Shown here: positions 1 to 12,129 of the stretch, piece after piece
Position numbering within the stretch: position 1 is the first letter of the stretch
How the letters are laid out: each line of letters begins with the position of its first letter
NCBI RefSeq assembly: GCF_009834535.1
Contig: NC_045697.1
Location: forward strand, 10,046,001 to 10,110,000
Origin: Camelus ferus
Taxonomy: Eukaryota
Direction: 5' to 3'
DNA: 64,000 bases
Notes under the pieces: generated by a model
Databases searched by the model: none
What the model was told of the DNA's origin: nothing
Seen by the model: only the letters and a program-made list of their open reading frames with translations
Made by a program: the position numbers and the translations under genes

Positions 1-200
1 GGATTTGCAGATACTATTATACATAAAATTGATAAACAACAAGGTCTTACTATACAACACAGGGAACTATATTCAATACCTTGTAATAGCCTATAATGAA
101 AAAGAATATGAAAAGGAATATATATATGTATAAATGAATCAGTATGCTGTACACTGGAAATTAACACAACATTGTAAATCGACTCTATATCAATTAAAAA
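1..200 (+). mobile_element. L1 3' UTR end (cetartiodactyl/camelid-type LINE-1), cut by the window start
   Basis: 'cacagggaactatattcaataccttgtaatagcctataatgaaaaagaatatg...caacattgtaaatcgactctatatcaattaaaaa' is the typical L1 terminus. The same text appears reverse-complemented at ~34590-34740. Confidence 0.85.
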
Positions 201-544
201 GAAATGAGAGTGAATTAAAACACCCTCAAGTCTTCTTCCAAATCTGTGATCCTGTGATCTACAAATAAGTTGTCTCCTTTCCAAATTTTGACTATTTTCA
301 GTAAGCTGATCTGCCACCTTATGTGACCAAGAAAGCGAGAAGGGGCCTTCAGTTTTTCTCACCGTGACTAAAATCCATGAAAGGTGAGCCAGAGACAGCA
401 AACTCAGAGAAATGGCTTCTGCCCCATCTGTGTCTCTGAGACCCAACAGTGATGAGCCCATAGTACACATCCGTGTACCATCTGACCATCTGGAGAAGGT
501 CAGAACCTCCTGTGTGGCTGCACCTTGAAGTTGGGACTGAATTA

Positions 545-883
545 CAGTTGGCCCTTCATATCAACGGGTTCCACATCTGCAGATTCAACCAACCATGGAT
601 AGAAATTTTTTTTTTAATTCCAGTAAGTTCCAAAAGCAAAACTTGAATTTGCTGCACACCAGTAACTGCATAGCATTTGCACTGAATTTACAACTATTTA
701 CATAGCATTTATATTGTACTGGGTATTATAAGTACTCCAGAGATGATTTAACGTATACAGGGAGGATGTGTGTAGGTTATATGCAAATATTTTGCCATCT
801 GATGTAAGGGACTTGAGCATCCTCAGATTTTGATATCTGCTGGGGCCCTGGGACCAATCCCCATGGGTACTGAGGGGTGCCTG
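545..883 (-). mobile_element. MER2-like TcMar-Tigger non-autonomous DNA transposon
   Basis: TA target duplications at 543-544 and 884-885, degenerate inverted ends (cagttggccct / gaggggtgcctg), and internal 'aagggacttgagcatcctcagattttg...ccaatcccc' resembling the reverse complement of MER2. Confidence 0.8.
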
Positions 884-1378
884 TATTTCCTACCACTCTC
901 CATAAGTAACATTTTACTTGATCTTCAATCTCCAAACTTCAATAACGTCTTCCAAGAGGAAGATGAAGTTTCCCAGCAAGACTCATTTCTCCTTCAGCCT
1001 GTTGCTTGATGTCTTCACATGTTTGATAAAATTCAGCAAAGACTTTATTATAAAATCCAGATGAAGCCACCTGGGTTTCAGAATATAATTTGAAACTTGG
1101 CTGCTTTATGTATGCAAAGGAGAAGAAATACATTCAACTATAAGAGCATAAAGCTTAATATATGAAAAATGTTCAAACTTTATAAGCACATTCAGATAGG
1201 GAAGTGGGTGTTTTCCAAGAATAACAACCTGCTGCCTCTAAGAATTTAGAGTGTCTTTCTGAGGGAATCTGTGCTTATCTCAAAAGCAACGGATGCTAAG
1301 GAAAATACATTATGTAAGTATATGCTCTTTATTTGGCATGAAGAATGTGTTTTCACCAGCATTTAAGAGTTCAGGTCT

Positions 1379-1475
1379 GGGGTCGGGGATATGGCTCAGT
1401 GCATGTGCGAGGTCCTAGATTCAGTCCCCAATACCACCATTAAAATAAAAAAAAGAAGAAGAAGAAGAAGAAAAA
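1379..1475 (+). mobile_element. Camelid tRNA-derived SINE (Vic-1-like), internally deleted, inserted into a MIR
   Basis: Head 'ggggtcggggatatggctcagtgcatg..ggtcctagattcagtcccc' and an A/GAA tail. TSD ttcaggtct at 1370-1378 and 1476-1484. Confidence 0.8.
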
Positions 1476-1484
1476 TTCAGGTCT

Positions 1485-1712
1485 AGAACCAGACAACCTA
1501 GGTTCAAATCCCAGCTCTGCTACTTACTGGCTGTGTGACCTATACTTAGTCACCTAACCTCTCTGTGCTTTAGTTTCCCCAACCATAAAATGAGTAAATT
1601 GCTAGTGTCTACCTTATAGGATCATTAAAAGGATAAAATGAGTTAATACATTCACAGAACACATAAAACAGTTCCTAGGACATAGTTAGTGCTCAACAAA
1701 TGTTTGTAATTA
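1485..1712 (+). mobile_element. MIR SINE
   Basis: 'ggttcaaatcccagctctgctacttactggctgtgtgacc...aacctctctgtgctttagtttcccc..taaaatgag...atgagttaataca' matches the MIR core. Confidence 0.9.
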
Positions 1713-2489
1713 TTGTTGCTGTTGCTTTAAAATAGTAGAAGGAAAAAAGTCTCTTTTAAAAGAGTTTGTGGAATAAAGGAAGCAACATGTCTATGGGGAA
1801 TTCTTCAAAATACCTGAGGTAGAAACAAAATATATCAACTAGGGCCTTCTGTACCTCTACTTACAGATGCTCAAAGTCAGTATAAAAAACACATGGCCTG
1901 AGTAGAGGGCAATTTTGAGAAAAATGAGCTCTTGACCAGCATTTAGGAGATATTTACCCATCTCTCCTGAGGAGCAGCCTGGAACAGTCGATGTCAGGAT
2001 AACAGCCTTGCTCTGTACACACAGTAAAACAAATGTTTGAGTATAGTGGAGTTTATACCAGTTAAATGCTAAGGAGAGTACTTAACTTGTAACTTGGAAT
2101 TTATAACTTTCTTTATCCTCTGCTTTGAAGGTTGCTTGTAAAATCCAACAGTAAGCCATTGGACGATTTTCCTAATAAACGCATATATTTTTAAAGACGG
2201 GGAATAAATTTTGTTTTCAACATCTATTCCTGTCACTAATCTTTCCGTGGTTTCCAATTTATTTCGCCCACTAGCACACAATTAGCAACTTATAAACCGT
2301 AAATTTATAGAAATGCTCACAAATGGCATTTAGCCAGATTCGTTTTGCAAGAGCAAGGAAGTGGGAAATTATGGATAATATAAAAGAACTCTCGTTTGTC
2401 GAGCACTCATTACTGTGTCAGGCCCTGTTCTGCATTCTTCACATCTATTACTCACCTCAGTCTTCCCAGAATCTTTCAAAATCGTGATC

Positions 2490-3965
2490 TGTATTAGAGT
2501 AACTGACACTAGCTAACACTGAGAAATAAACCCCCAAACTCAGTGTGGGAGCGCAGTATAGATTTGTATGCTATTCAGTAACATCTGATGCAGGGTCAGG
2601 CAGCTCTCCTGGGTAGCAATCTTCTAAGAGATGTCTTGGGATGTAGGGTTCCTTTTATGATGGGGCTCCAACACCTCTGAGTCCTTTGCTTCTTGCTACG
2701 TAGACAGGAGAGAGAGAAAGAATGTGGAGCAGGTACATCCGTTTCTAGCTACCTCCACCCGTAATTAATCCACGCTACTTCTGCTCACATCTCATTGGCC
2801 TGAAATCAGCCACGGGGTCAGATGAACTACAAGAGAGTCTGGAAGATGGTAAGGAAAAATGCAGACCGTGGTAGACACAAAGTATCCGCCATAGTTTCCC
2901 CTCCGGGCACCAAATATCTATTTCCTTCCCTGTTTCCAAACACAGAACACACCTCCCCAAAGGAAACAACCTTAACTTCCATCTGGTCACTGCAAGCAGC
3001 TCAAAATCCAGGACGTGCGGGTTCTGTGAAGTTCTTGTCATAAGTGTACATGTGGCATCTTTTGAACCAGTGTCCTAGGAATTAAAAGGATTGTGATGGA
3101 CAAGTTCACTCCCTCTCTCTCTCTCTCGCACACACACACGCACACACAAAATACAAATGGTATAACAGCAATAGGGTAACAACAATAAAAATTCCCACCC
3201 AAAAAAAGGAAAAACTGGGAGACACAAGCAGCCATTGATACTGCGTGTGACCGGGCAGACACGGTAAAGGCTCTCTGCCTTGTGGGTGGAGAAGGTTCTG
3301 GACACAGCCCTGGGTCTGCTCTCTCGGGGAAACCCCTTGTCCGATTTTCTCCATGGCCAGCAGCTCTTCCTTCTGAGAGGGTCCCCGTGTCCATCTCTCT
3401 GGTGTATTTCAGGGAGCTGGCTCTCCAGGCAGACAAAAGTCCACCTCCTGCTAGTGGAAGAAGTGATTTTCAGTCTTTCAAGACATTTTTCATATGGGCT
3501 TATGGTTGTTTTAGCAATACAAGTCCCTAGAAAAATTAGTGGGTTCCTGCCATTCATCAGATTTATTACTACTTCTCTATTCCCTTTCACTTCTGTCTGT
3601 AATTGAGCAATTTTCCCTAGGCTCATCTCATTCATGAAACCCCTTGCCAAATGCAGGCAGTAGTGGCCCACACACACGACTAGTGATTCGCCTGCCACCC
3701 TCCTCATCTCCCCCCAAGAGCTACAAGGTTACTTGGCACATAGGCACCCCAAGTCGTGGCAGGTGTCAGTTTCACCAAATGTTTTCTCACCGTAAAACAC
3801 GGCATTGCACCTTTCTGGCCTTTAGCATCAGTTTCCTTGCCACCCACCCCCTGACTATGACGCGGATGCCACCATTAGGATTTTGTAAGAGCAGCATCCC
3901 AAGTCCATTACCAGTTTTGGCACTGGTCATGGGACATAACGCTGGGTGCTGTGATAAACCATAGT
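2490..3965 (-). mobile_element. MaLR (MLT1J-like) LTR followed by MLT1 internal sequence
   Basis: ~2490-2890 has MLT1 LTR hallmarks ('cttctgctcacatctcattggcc...gccac...aactacaagagagtctggaagatg'). ~2900-3900 resembles MLT1-int ('caaaatacaaatggtataacagcaatagggtaacaacaataaaaattccc..aaaaaggaaaaactgggagacacaagcag'). Confidence 0.6.
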
Positions 3966-4830
3966 GACTCAGAAACAGGTCTTCCTAAGTACCTTACACA
4001 TCGTGAGGGGCTTATTAATATGACTGGAAAAGGCAGTACTAAGTGCACTTATGCAATTGGTTGTTTTAACATATTTGTATTTAATCTTTCACAATTAAGG
4101 AATCAACACGTAAAGAAATGAATATATCCAAGGTCACACATCTGGGACCCAAGTCTACGACACTTACCTGTGCTTGTACCTCCAGACGTCCCCTCAGCAG
4201 GAGCCAGAGCAAAAGTGCGCTCCACCGTTTTCTTGTGCTTTTACAGCAAAAGAAATCTGAAACCTGACCGTTTCCCTGTAGTTTCAGATCCTTTCTCTCT
4301 TCGCACTTTCAGAAGTATTATTCTCTGTCCAGAGCGTAACAGTTACTTAAGATGACTCAAAAACACAGTGGAAAATAATCCACAGGTTTTGAAATAATGA
4401 ATGAGGTTTTTGTCTTGAAATCTGTTTGCTTAAGTTTACACAGTGAGCTTACTTAATGGATGGGGCTTGTGTCAACATTTCTATTCTCCACTGAATGGTT
4501 TATTTATTTAATGAATGTTTTCTGTATTCATTTAGGGGATTTTTTTTCCATTATAACCATTCTTTAAATCTGGCAGAGGTACGCACTGTTCTATATTTAC
4601 TCTCTGTACAAGTTCCCTAATGGGAACATACATGCAAACCAAAATTGTCAAAACTGTTGGTTGATCTCAACCTATGCACTACTTTATTCATTCAGTAAAT
4701 ATTTATTAAGCACTTATTATCTATCAGGCACTGAGCAAGACCTGCTTTAAGATAGACCACAAATATTTTTGAAATCACCATTTTCAGTTGACCACACTTT
4801 AAGATGGCTGAAATTTTGATTCACAAATGC

Positions 4831-4831
<1 letters not shown>

Positions 4832-4888
<57 letters not shown>
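4832..4888 (+). repeat. Compound (TG)n(AG)n microsatellite
   Basis: A pure TG run to 4865 is directly followed by an AG run to 4888. Confidence 0.97.
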
Positions 4889-5399
4889 TTAATGCCATTT
4901 GCGGAAGGGTAGTGGAAATAGTAAAAATTGCTAACATTGGTTACAGACTTAATGTCAGAGATTTTATTCAGGTACACGGGTGGACTACAAAAAAAAATAT
5001 CCTTCCCAGAGGTTATAATTTGCATACAGGATGAAGGTTAAAATAAAACCAATGCAAATAACATCAATTTAGATATTTCCCCTCTTATGAATACATAACT
5101 TACACTAATTTAAATTTTCAAACAGATACATTAGGAAGGAATTGTTTGGAAATAATTGTGTCAGGAAAAGTGATGTTTAAACACAATTTCATTAGCATCA
5201 TTGTTCCAGAAGCAGGGACTTAAACTTTCCTATGTGATTTTGCTTCCAAGTGAAGTGATACCACTTAGTCTCAAGGCAACACTTTAAAAGGAAAAAACAA
5301 TTTGAAGTCACACGTTGAGAAGAGCCGTGGATAAAAGAGAGAAATAGAACTGTTTAGGGATTTGAAACCTTTGCTTCTCATTTGCTCAGTCTGGGGTTT

Positions 5400-5720
5400 G
5401 CAGAAGAACGTCACCCACTCCCACTCACTGCTAACGAGAGTATATATTAAGCTCTTTGAAATGTGAGTATTATGGGAATGATCGCAGTTGCTTTAAATTA
5501 TAGAAGTTGGCAAGTGCCTGGGAGGAGCGGGAGGTTGTTTAAACTGAGAAAGACAGTTGCAAAACCTCGTACAACAGCATGAGCTCCAGGCTTCAAACGC
5601 GTTCTCGTGCGCAGACGAGAACTTTATTTTTCATCAAGTCATTTTTTGGGTTGTTTTGAAGCAGCTTTGAATAATAAACACATATTTCTGCTTTAAACTT
5701 TTTTAATGGTTTCTAAATCC
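5400..5720 (+). promoter_or_regulatory. Candidate promoter/5' UTR of an unidentified + strand gene
   Basis: Repeat-free stretch with a TATA-like tatatattaa (5441-5450), a forkhead-like tgtttaaac and some retained CpGs (acgcgttctcgtgcgc). It lies just upstream of the candidate start codon and splice donor. Confidence 0.4.
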
Positions 5721-5776
5721 ATGGAACAGCCAAAGCAAGAAAGCCTCATGTTTTGGGGGAAAGTCTGATGACAGCA

Positions 5777-5789
5777 ATGCCTAGAAAAG
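5777..5789 (+). CDS. Candidate coding part of a first exon: M-P-R-K-(G), phase-1 donor; an in-frame upstream ATG at 5768 would give MTAMPRK
   Basis: gcaATGCCTAGAAAAG|gtaagc has a purine at -3 and a strong AG|GTAAG donor at 5789/5790, followed by a T-rich intron start. A CpG island lies 1.3 kb downstream. Gene identity not recognised. Confidence 0.45.
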
Positions 5790-7039
5790 GTAAGCTTCTA
5801 TTTTCATTGATTTTTTTTTTCCTATTTTTCCCTCCTATATGGTCTTTGTCAACAATACTTACTGGCAGGATTTAAGACAGCTACTTGCAGAGAAAAAGGG
5901 AACTTGCAGAAAGTATGTCAACAAATGAGAAGTCAGAGGTCAGAAAACCTCCGTGGTAACTCTTCCTCCTACTTTTCTACTCTGCCTGTGGCAGGAACCT
6001 CTGTGAACGATCTTTGTGTGAAAGATGCCATTTCGCTCAGAAAATGTGTGCGGGTCTTCAAAATCTCCAATCTGACGCGCCTAGCATTCGCCAGCGCAGT
6101 GATGGGCTCATTTACTGCCAGGGTCCGAGTATCTATGTTTTCTTATCCCGTTATATGCAGCTCAACTTCTGGAGCCATGATCTTTCTATTAACTCAGAAA
6201 TCTTCCCCATGGAAGATTTTAACGTCATTCCAGAAATTCTCTGAAGTATGCTTACTCTGACTTATAAACTTGTTTTGCGGCATATTTTTAAAAGTTGAAT
6301 AAATCGTTTGACTTTTCCTTTGTAATGACACGAGAGAACGTTATAGATGTTCTGTCCTGGGGGAAGAAAAAGTTCAGCTCCAAGTCTGTGAAGTCAGATT
6401 GACTGGCAAGGCTATCATCTGAACGGGGTGATGGGGTCCCCTCGATTGTGCCTCGGAAACAGGTAGGGAGCCTAGAAGCTAAGATGTTTTTGGTTTTTCC
6501 TATGCATTGGTCATATGAGAAGCATCTTGTGGTTTTCGGTGGAGAGGCACTTAAATGCGAGATGTGTTGTTCCTGTTTCCCTAAGAAAGTCTCTGCTATC
6601 AGTGTTCCCGTCTCTCCGAGGCAGAATTCCAGGTGCAAAAACACTAGATATCCACAGAAATCTGCAAATTCTTCCTGCAGGCTGCAATTTTTAACAGAGC
6701 CCACATCATTCCTCACGCACACATTTGTACTCACGAGCAGAGGTTAAAAAAGCCTATGAGTTTGCTGGAGCCTGAGCGGTTTGGGACACCTTGGCGACCG
6801 CAGTCTGTGAAACCCACTGCTGCAGCAACTCTAGCAACAAGCCCTTTAGGCCTGGCTGAGAATGTGGGGTGCTGTGCCGGGGGACGTCGTTCTTGGGGCG
6901 CAAAGGGCTCTATCTGCTTTGCGGTACCAGCTGTCGATGTTTCTGGAATATTTTTCCTTGTGTGTCAAATTATAGTTATGGCAAGTGGATTACAGCGGCT
7001 CCCCTGCCTTTTGTGGTCTGAGTGGGAGGGAAAAGATTA

Positions 7040-7900
7040 AGATCAGAGGGAAGGACATGACTGTAGAAAACGGGGAAGGTGCGGAGCGAAGCCGTTAGTG
7101 CCTTTCTCCATCCGCAGTTGTCGGCAGAGGGGGTGAGGGACGTGCCTGCCGGTTCCCTGTCCCTGTCCTTGCCAGGTCTTGTCTCCTCTCGCTGTCTCCC
7201 TCCTCGTCTATCCACGCCAGCCATGCAACCTCGAGAGAGGGAACAGTGGGTTGGACAGACTTACCCTCTCCTCCTCCTCGTCCTCTCGGCTATTCCCAGG
7301 CCGGTTGGGGTAGCCCCCACCCTATCTGGAGGGGGTCTCCAGGACCCCACCCCATGACCTCATCGCAGGCAGCGGGAGGGCTGGGATGGCCGGGGGTTGC
7401 ATGGCGCCTGAGTGCACCCTGGGGATGGGTGCGGCCGCGAAATGCGCAGTGTGGCATGACGTGACTGCCGGGGACGGAGCGCGCGCTTCCCGTCACCGGC
7501 TCCCACCGAGGCTGGCGGCGTTTCTGGAAGCCAGACCCGCCAGGCCCCACCTCTGGGCCCGAGGAGGCTCCAGAGAGGACAAAAACATAAAGTCAATTAG
7601 AGTTGCTAATGAAGCCCCAAGCCAGCTGACTCATCTGAGGCGCAGCCGCCGGGGTGGGGGGGCTTTGTAATGAAACCTGGACAGCGCGCTGGAAAGGACA
7701 GGTCAGGGTTGTCCCAGAAAGGACGCTGATGAGAGGCCCAATGTGACCTAATCGTGCCTCCTCACCTCAGAGAGGCTGGGAGCGAGGCAACATCTGCGAG
7801 GGACAGATGGAGGGAGGCGAGCATTAACTAATGAGCTGCCAGGGGGCGGGGAAACCCTGCTGCCTGACCCTGCAAAGAGCTTGAACCGGACTTAGTCCAG
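7040..7900. promoter_or_regulatory. CpG island / regulatory region
   Basis: High GC with dense CpGs (gcggccgcg, gcgcgcgc, ggcggcg), unlike the CpG-poor rest of the window. Motifs: ATF/CRE-like TGACGTGA 7457-7464, AP-1 TGACTCA 7627-7633, CTCF-like CTGCCAGGGGGCG 7836-7848. Confidence 0.75.
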
Positions 7901-8424
7901 GTTGCCAGCTACAGTCTCACACCCCGAGTCTGTGACCCAGGGCTCGAGGAGCCCCAGGCCGGGGAATCAACTCCAGGGGGCCTGGGAAACAGACGCCGTT
8001 GTAATTCAGTAAACCTTAACTGCCTGTCCGCTCGGAGTCAGAAACTTTACCAAGGCTCTTTGAACATGGCCCTTGACAGAGAGATGGAAACAGTCTAAGT
8101 GCAGAAAGTGTACGGAGAGCACAAAAAGGGGCTTTGCAAAACAGGCCACTGAAATCAAGGCAAGCTTCTAGCTGCACTGGAACTAGACCTTGGAGGAGGA
8201 GTAAGAGGTCATGGCAGAGCCTAGAGGGCCAACAGCACCCAGGCAGAGGCCAGCGAGGAAAGGCACAGAGGTGTAAAGGTCACGGCTGCTTCCAGGGGGT
8301 GAGGAGGCTCCGTTTCCCCAAGTACATTTCAAGGAATCACAGTTTCATGGGATGTTAACAAGAGGATAACCAGAAGTATTTCCTGGTCAGACAAATCTGG
8401 GGAAGTGAAGAGCTGTGCACCACA

Positions 8425-8660
8425 GAGGACCAGAACTCCAGCTTTAGGGTCACAAACATCTGACTTCAAATCCCAACTCCACCCCTTAACTGCTGTGCGA
8501 ACTTGGACCCCTTCGACCAAAATTTTCTTCTTCTGTTAAGGGAGGCTAATTGTATGCATTCAAATAGGGGCATTTTGAGGATTAAGTCAGAGAATTCATG
8601 AAAAGGGCCTTGCAAAGTGTCTGGCATAAAAGAACTTGGTGAACATTAGCTATTCTCAGT
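8425..8660 (+). mobile_element. MIR SINE
   Basis: 'gacttcaaatcccaactccaccccttaactgctgtgcgaacttgg...tgaggattaagtcagaga...aaagtgtctggcata' follows the MIR layout. Confidence 0.7.
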
Positions 8661-11600
8661 AGCTGTTAGATGCTGGTGTCCTTACTGCAGGACTTCTCAT
8701 ATGCTTCAGTTTCTTAATGTGTCCTTTGTCTCTCCATGAATGGGGCATTAGAATCTAATGTTGTCTAACTCACTAGAATATGAAACTACTTTTTTTTTCC
8801 CCACAAAGAGTATCACACAAACCATAGAGCTCAGAGTGGCTGCTGGAAAACGGTTGAGTTGGCCCAGTGAGTTAAGGCCACATGGCTTTCAAGCCCATGA
8901 AGTTTCCCAAGATTTGGTTGAAATTTACCAGTTTCCACCAGCCCAGCCACGTCGTAAATTGTCTTGCATATTTCTGAGAACAGAAGGCCAACAATTGGGA
9001 TTCTCATGTCAAAGGAATTTGACTTTGAAAAAACAAACAAACAAAAAAAAAACTATTGTTAATTTTCAGAAGGAAGAGAAACGTAACAGCAAAGCCAATG
9101 CCTGTCAGTCTTGACTTTCACACCCGGAAGGTCAGCTTCTGCCTATCGTTTGAGGGCCTGTGTGCAGGGGGCAATGAGACAGCACAAGCTCTGATAAAAC
9201 ACGATCTCACCTTCAAAGAGTTATCAACTGGGTGGAGAAAATAAAATGTGTGTTCTCATATTTAAATGCAAAATTAGCTTTATAAGAAAGAACGTAAGAG
9301 GGGCTCAGAGTGAATGAGAAAAGACCTCAGGTCCCTGGAACGATCAGAACAGTAGGTAACATTCTTTGACATTTACCACGTACCAGAAACTGTGCTAAAT
9401 ACTTGGCGCTAACCCATGTGTACCGTGTAAGGCTACAAGGTGGGTGTTGCCCACATCATAGATGAACAAACTGAGCCTGAAGTCTTCCAGGAAGTAAGGG
9501 GCAAAGTATGGTCTCAAACTCAGGTCCATCTGATGCTCTGTCTCCCTCACCCAGGGAAGACTCCTCAGAGGAGATAACATGACAGTTGGCCCTGACGGAA
9601 GGCTAAGGATTGATGATGGTGGAAAGGGGGGCACATTCCAGATGATGAGAAGAATATTAAAAGCCTGAAAGAGAACAGTGTGAGAAACAGCAGGAAAGCC
9701 ACCCTGGCAGAGCAAAGCATGTGTCTAGAAAGAAGAGAGAAATGAGCTCAAAAGACTTGGTTGGAGGGGAAAAAAAAGAAAAAAGAACTTGGTTGTTGGA
9801 ATCAGATCACAGAAATCCTTGAATGCCAAAACACAAAGTTTGGATTTTTTTAGTGGAGGAATCATTAAAATTTTGTAAACAAAAAAGTAACAAGAAAATA
9901 ACTCCCTGGCAGTTCATTAGAACAAGAGTTGAAGATGATTGATTAATCAGTCTGTGCAGGAGGGGCAGAGACTAAACTCCAGTTAGGAAGTGATGTTTTG
10001 TCCAGGTGGGAGGGAGCGGTAGTTGCTCGCAGGGCACCTAAGGGATGGAGACACTCTTTGGGTCCAGTCTCCTAAACCTGCTACATCACAGCCTTGACCA
10101 TCACAGCGGTCTTTCAAAGCAACAGCCTTGAACCCTCACTAAATCCAGATTTAAGTCTGTAAAATGGAAGAGGGTGGGAGTGGAAGAGACAAGAGGGGCT
10201 GGTTGACCTCTGAGGACCTTCTCAGCTTTCAAACCCCATGAAGATAAAACTCCAAGCACTTTTATGGAAATATTAAATATATGGTCCTCTGTTTGATCTC
10301 GTGTCCAGACTTCTCTTTCATATCAAGCAAGCGTATTTCCAAAGAACTTCAGTGTCTGCATAGGTTTTATGAGTTTACAGCTATGGCAATTGTATAATAG
10401 TGGTATTGGCAAGCAGTGATTGGGAGAGGGTGTATATTAATGTATCTTTTCAGGGAAAATTTTTATCCATCTTCCTGACTGTCTGCCTTTTGTAAAATTC
10501 ATCTGTCTACCTCTCATGACTGAGAACTCTTCCTGCAGGGCACAACCACATCAGGGTCTTGCAGTGCTTTGAGTGCTAGTTTTTCATGTAGGGAGTCTTT
10601 TGACTTTTCTGCCAGCTCCCACAGAGGGTAAGCTTCAGAGAGTAGGAGTGAATTCATCTTTAAATTTTCCAGTGCCTTACAACCATAGTAGTTCTGACTC
10701 AAGCTACAAACCCAGGCTTGCAAGAAATGTCACATGTTTCCATTTTATTTAATGCAACTTAAATCTGATTCCAAGGGTTCATGGCAACAAGAACTTTAGT
10801 TTCAGAAATTATCAGGCTCCTACCCCTACATCACCAATACCAGGGGGGTCTTCCTTCCCATCAGCTCTGCCCGACTCTTGTAAATTGCCTGTCCCTTTGA
10901 TGTCTGTGGATTCTGCTTTCCAGCCCTGCTTGGAAACTGGCAATCACTGCCCAAACCAGGAGCCTAGTGTCTGAGCAACTCTAGACAGCCCTCCTCTGTG
11001 AGGTCTGGCCATAGAGAAAGCATTTCCACTTCTCACAGATGCTCTGATCCCCGACTCCCAGTGTCTCCGGGACAGGGGAAATCTCCCATCCAAGGTCCCT
11101 CATTCTTCCTTTCCCCAGCATATATGCTTGGGCTTGGACTTTCAGCAAAGAAAGGAAAATGTGTTGTTTTCAAGAAATTTCTTCTTCCTGCTCTGCCTGC
11201 ACAATCATGAAACAAGGGAGCATCAAGACTCAGGAGACATTCTTGGGATAAGTTGGGAGTGGAGAACACGCACAAATGACTATTTACCTGAATGATTCTG
11301 TCACATACCCTGTAGGTATTCAAAAACGGTCAGTGAAATGTATGCTGCAATAATTGATGTACTAGTCTCTCCAGAGTTGCTCAGTTTTCCACCAGAGCTG
11401 GATAGAGGCTTTTTATTAAGTACCTTTGAGGTGCCAGTACTTTGCATGTGCTGTCTCCAAGGCTCCATTTTTCAGATGACAGAGGTGAGCTTCTTACCCA
11501 GCATCTTACAAGCACTACGGGATGCGGCAGGTATTTAAACTCCAGGTTTGCCTGTCTCTGAAACCCACCCCTTTTCCACACTGCAGCGTGAACTCCTGGA

Positions 11601-11966
11601 AAGAATTGTTATTTTCTAAATAGAATTATTATTTTCTAAATAGCCATCCAGAGCCTTGCACTTGACTAATTCTTCAGTAGTCATTTCCAATTAAATTTGT
11701 TTTAAGTCAAGATGTTTTTTTCCACCATGAACAGAGTATGCTTGATATAGTGGTACTTTCATGGCATGGTTTGTTCCCCCATCTCATCACTCATCTGTAA
11801 GGCAGCAGGGAGGGAGGGTTAAGCCTATTTGAAAGATGAGAGCAAGGTAAATTACTTGTCCCAGGCCACAGAGCTAGAAGACAGCTCCAACTCCAACACC
11901 AATTTATCTGCCTCTGCAGAGTCAAGAGGAGGGGGTTAGTCCTAATTAATCAAAAGCTAATTATAG

Positions 11967-12129
11967 GGGAAGGGTATAACTTAAGTTGTAGAGCACGTGC
12001 TTAGCATGCACAGGGTTCTGGGTTCAATCCCCAGTTACTCCTCTAAAAGGAAATAAATAATAAATAAATAAGTAAACCTAATTACTTCTGGCACCAAAAA
12101 AAAGAAAAGAAGAAAGGAAATATTTTTTA
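11967..12129 (+). mobile_element. Camelid tRNA-derived SINE (Vic-1-like)
   Basis: 'gggaagggtataacttaagttgtagagcacgtgcttagcatgcacagggttctgggttcaatccccag' plus an A-rich tail. 15-bp TSD aaaag(c/t)taattatag at 11952-11966 and 12130-12144. Confidence 0.9.

Noticed and set aside
939..1133. 64-aa minus-strand ORF as an exon or processed pseudogene
   Set aside because: No recognisable protein similarity, splice signals, polyA tail or TSD.
3075..3707. Longest ORF in the window (210 aa, minus strand)
   Set aside because: It lies in MaLR internal sequence and runs through a (CT)(CA) microsatellite (VRVCVRERER). No domain is recognisable.
11602..11643. 20-bp tandem duplication (agaatt(g/a)ttattttctaaat) resembling paired MEF2 sites
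   Set aside because: It does not fit CTA(A/T)4TAG and is most simply a slippage duplication.
11967..12045. tRNA-like sequences here and at 55401-55475 as tRNA genes
   Set aside because: They are followed by a SINE body, an A-rich tail and TSDs, so they are tRNA-derived SINEs.
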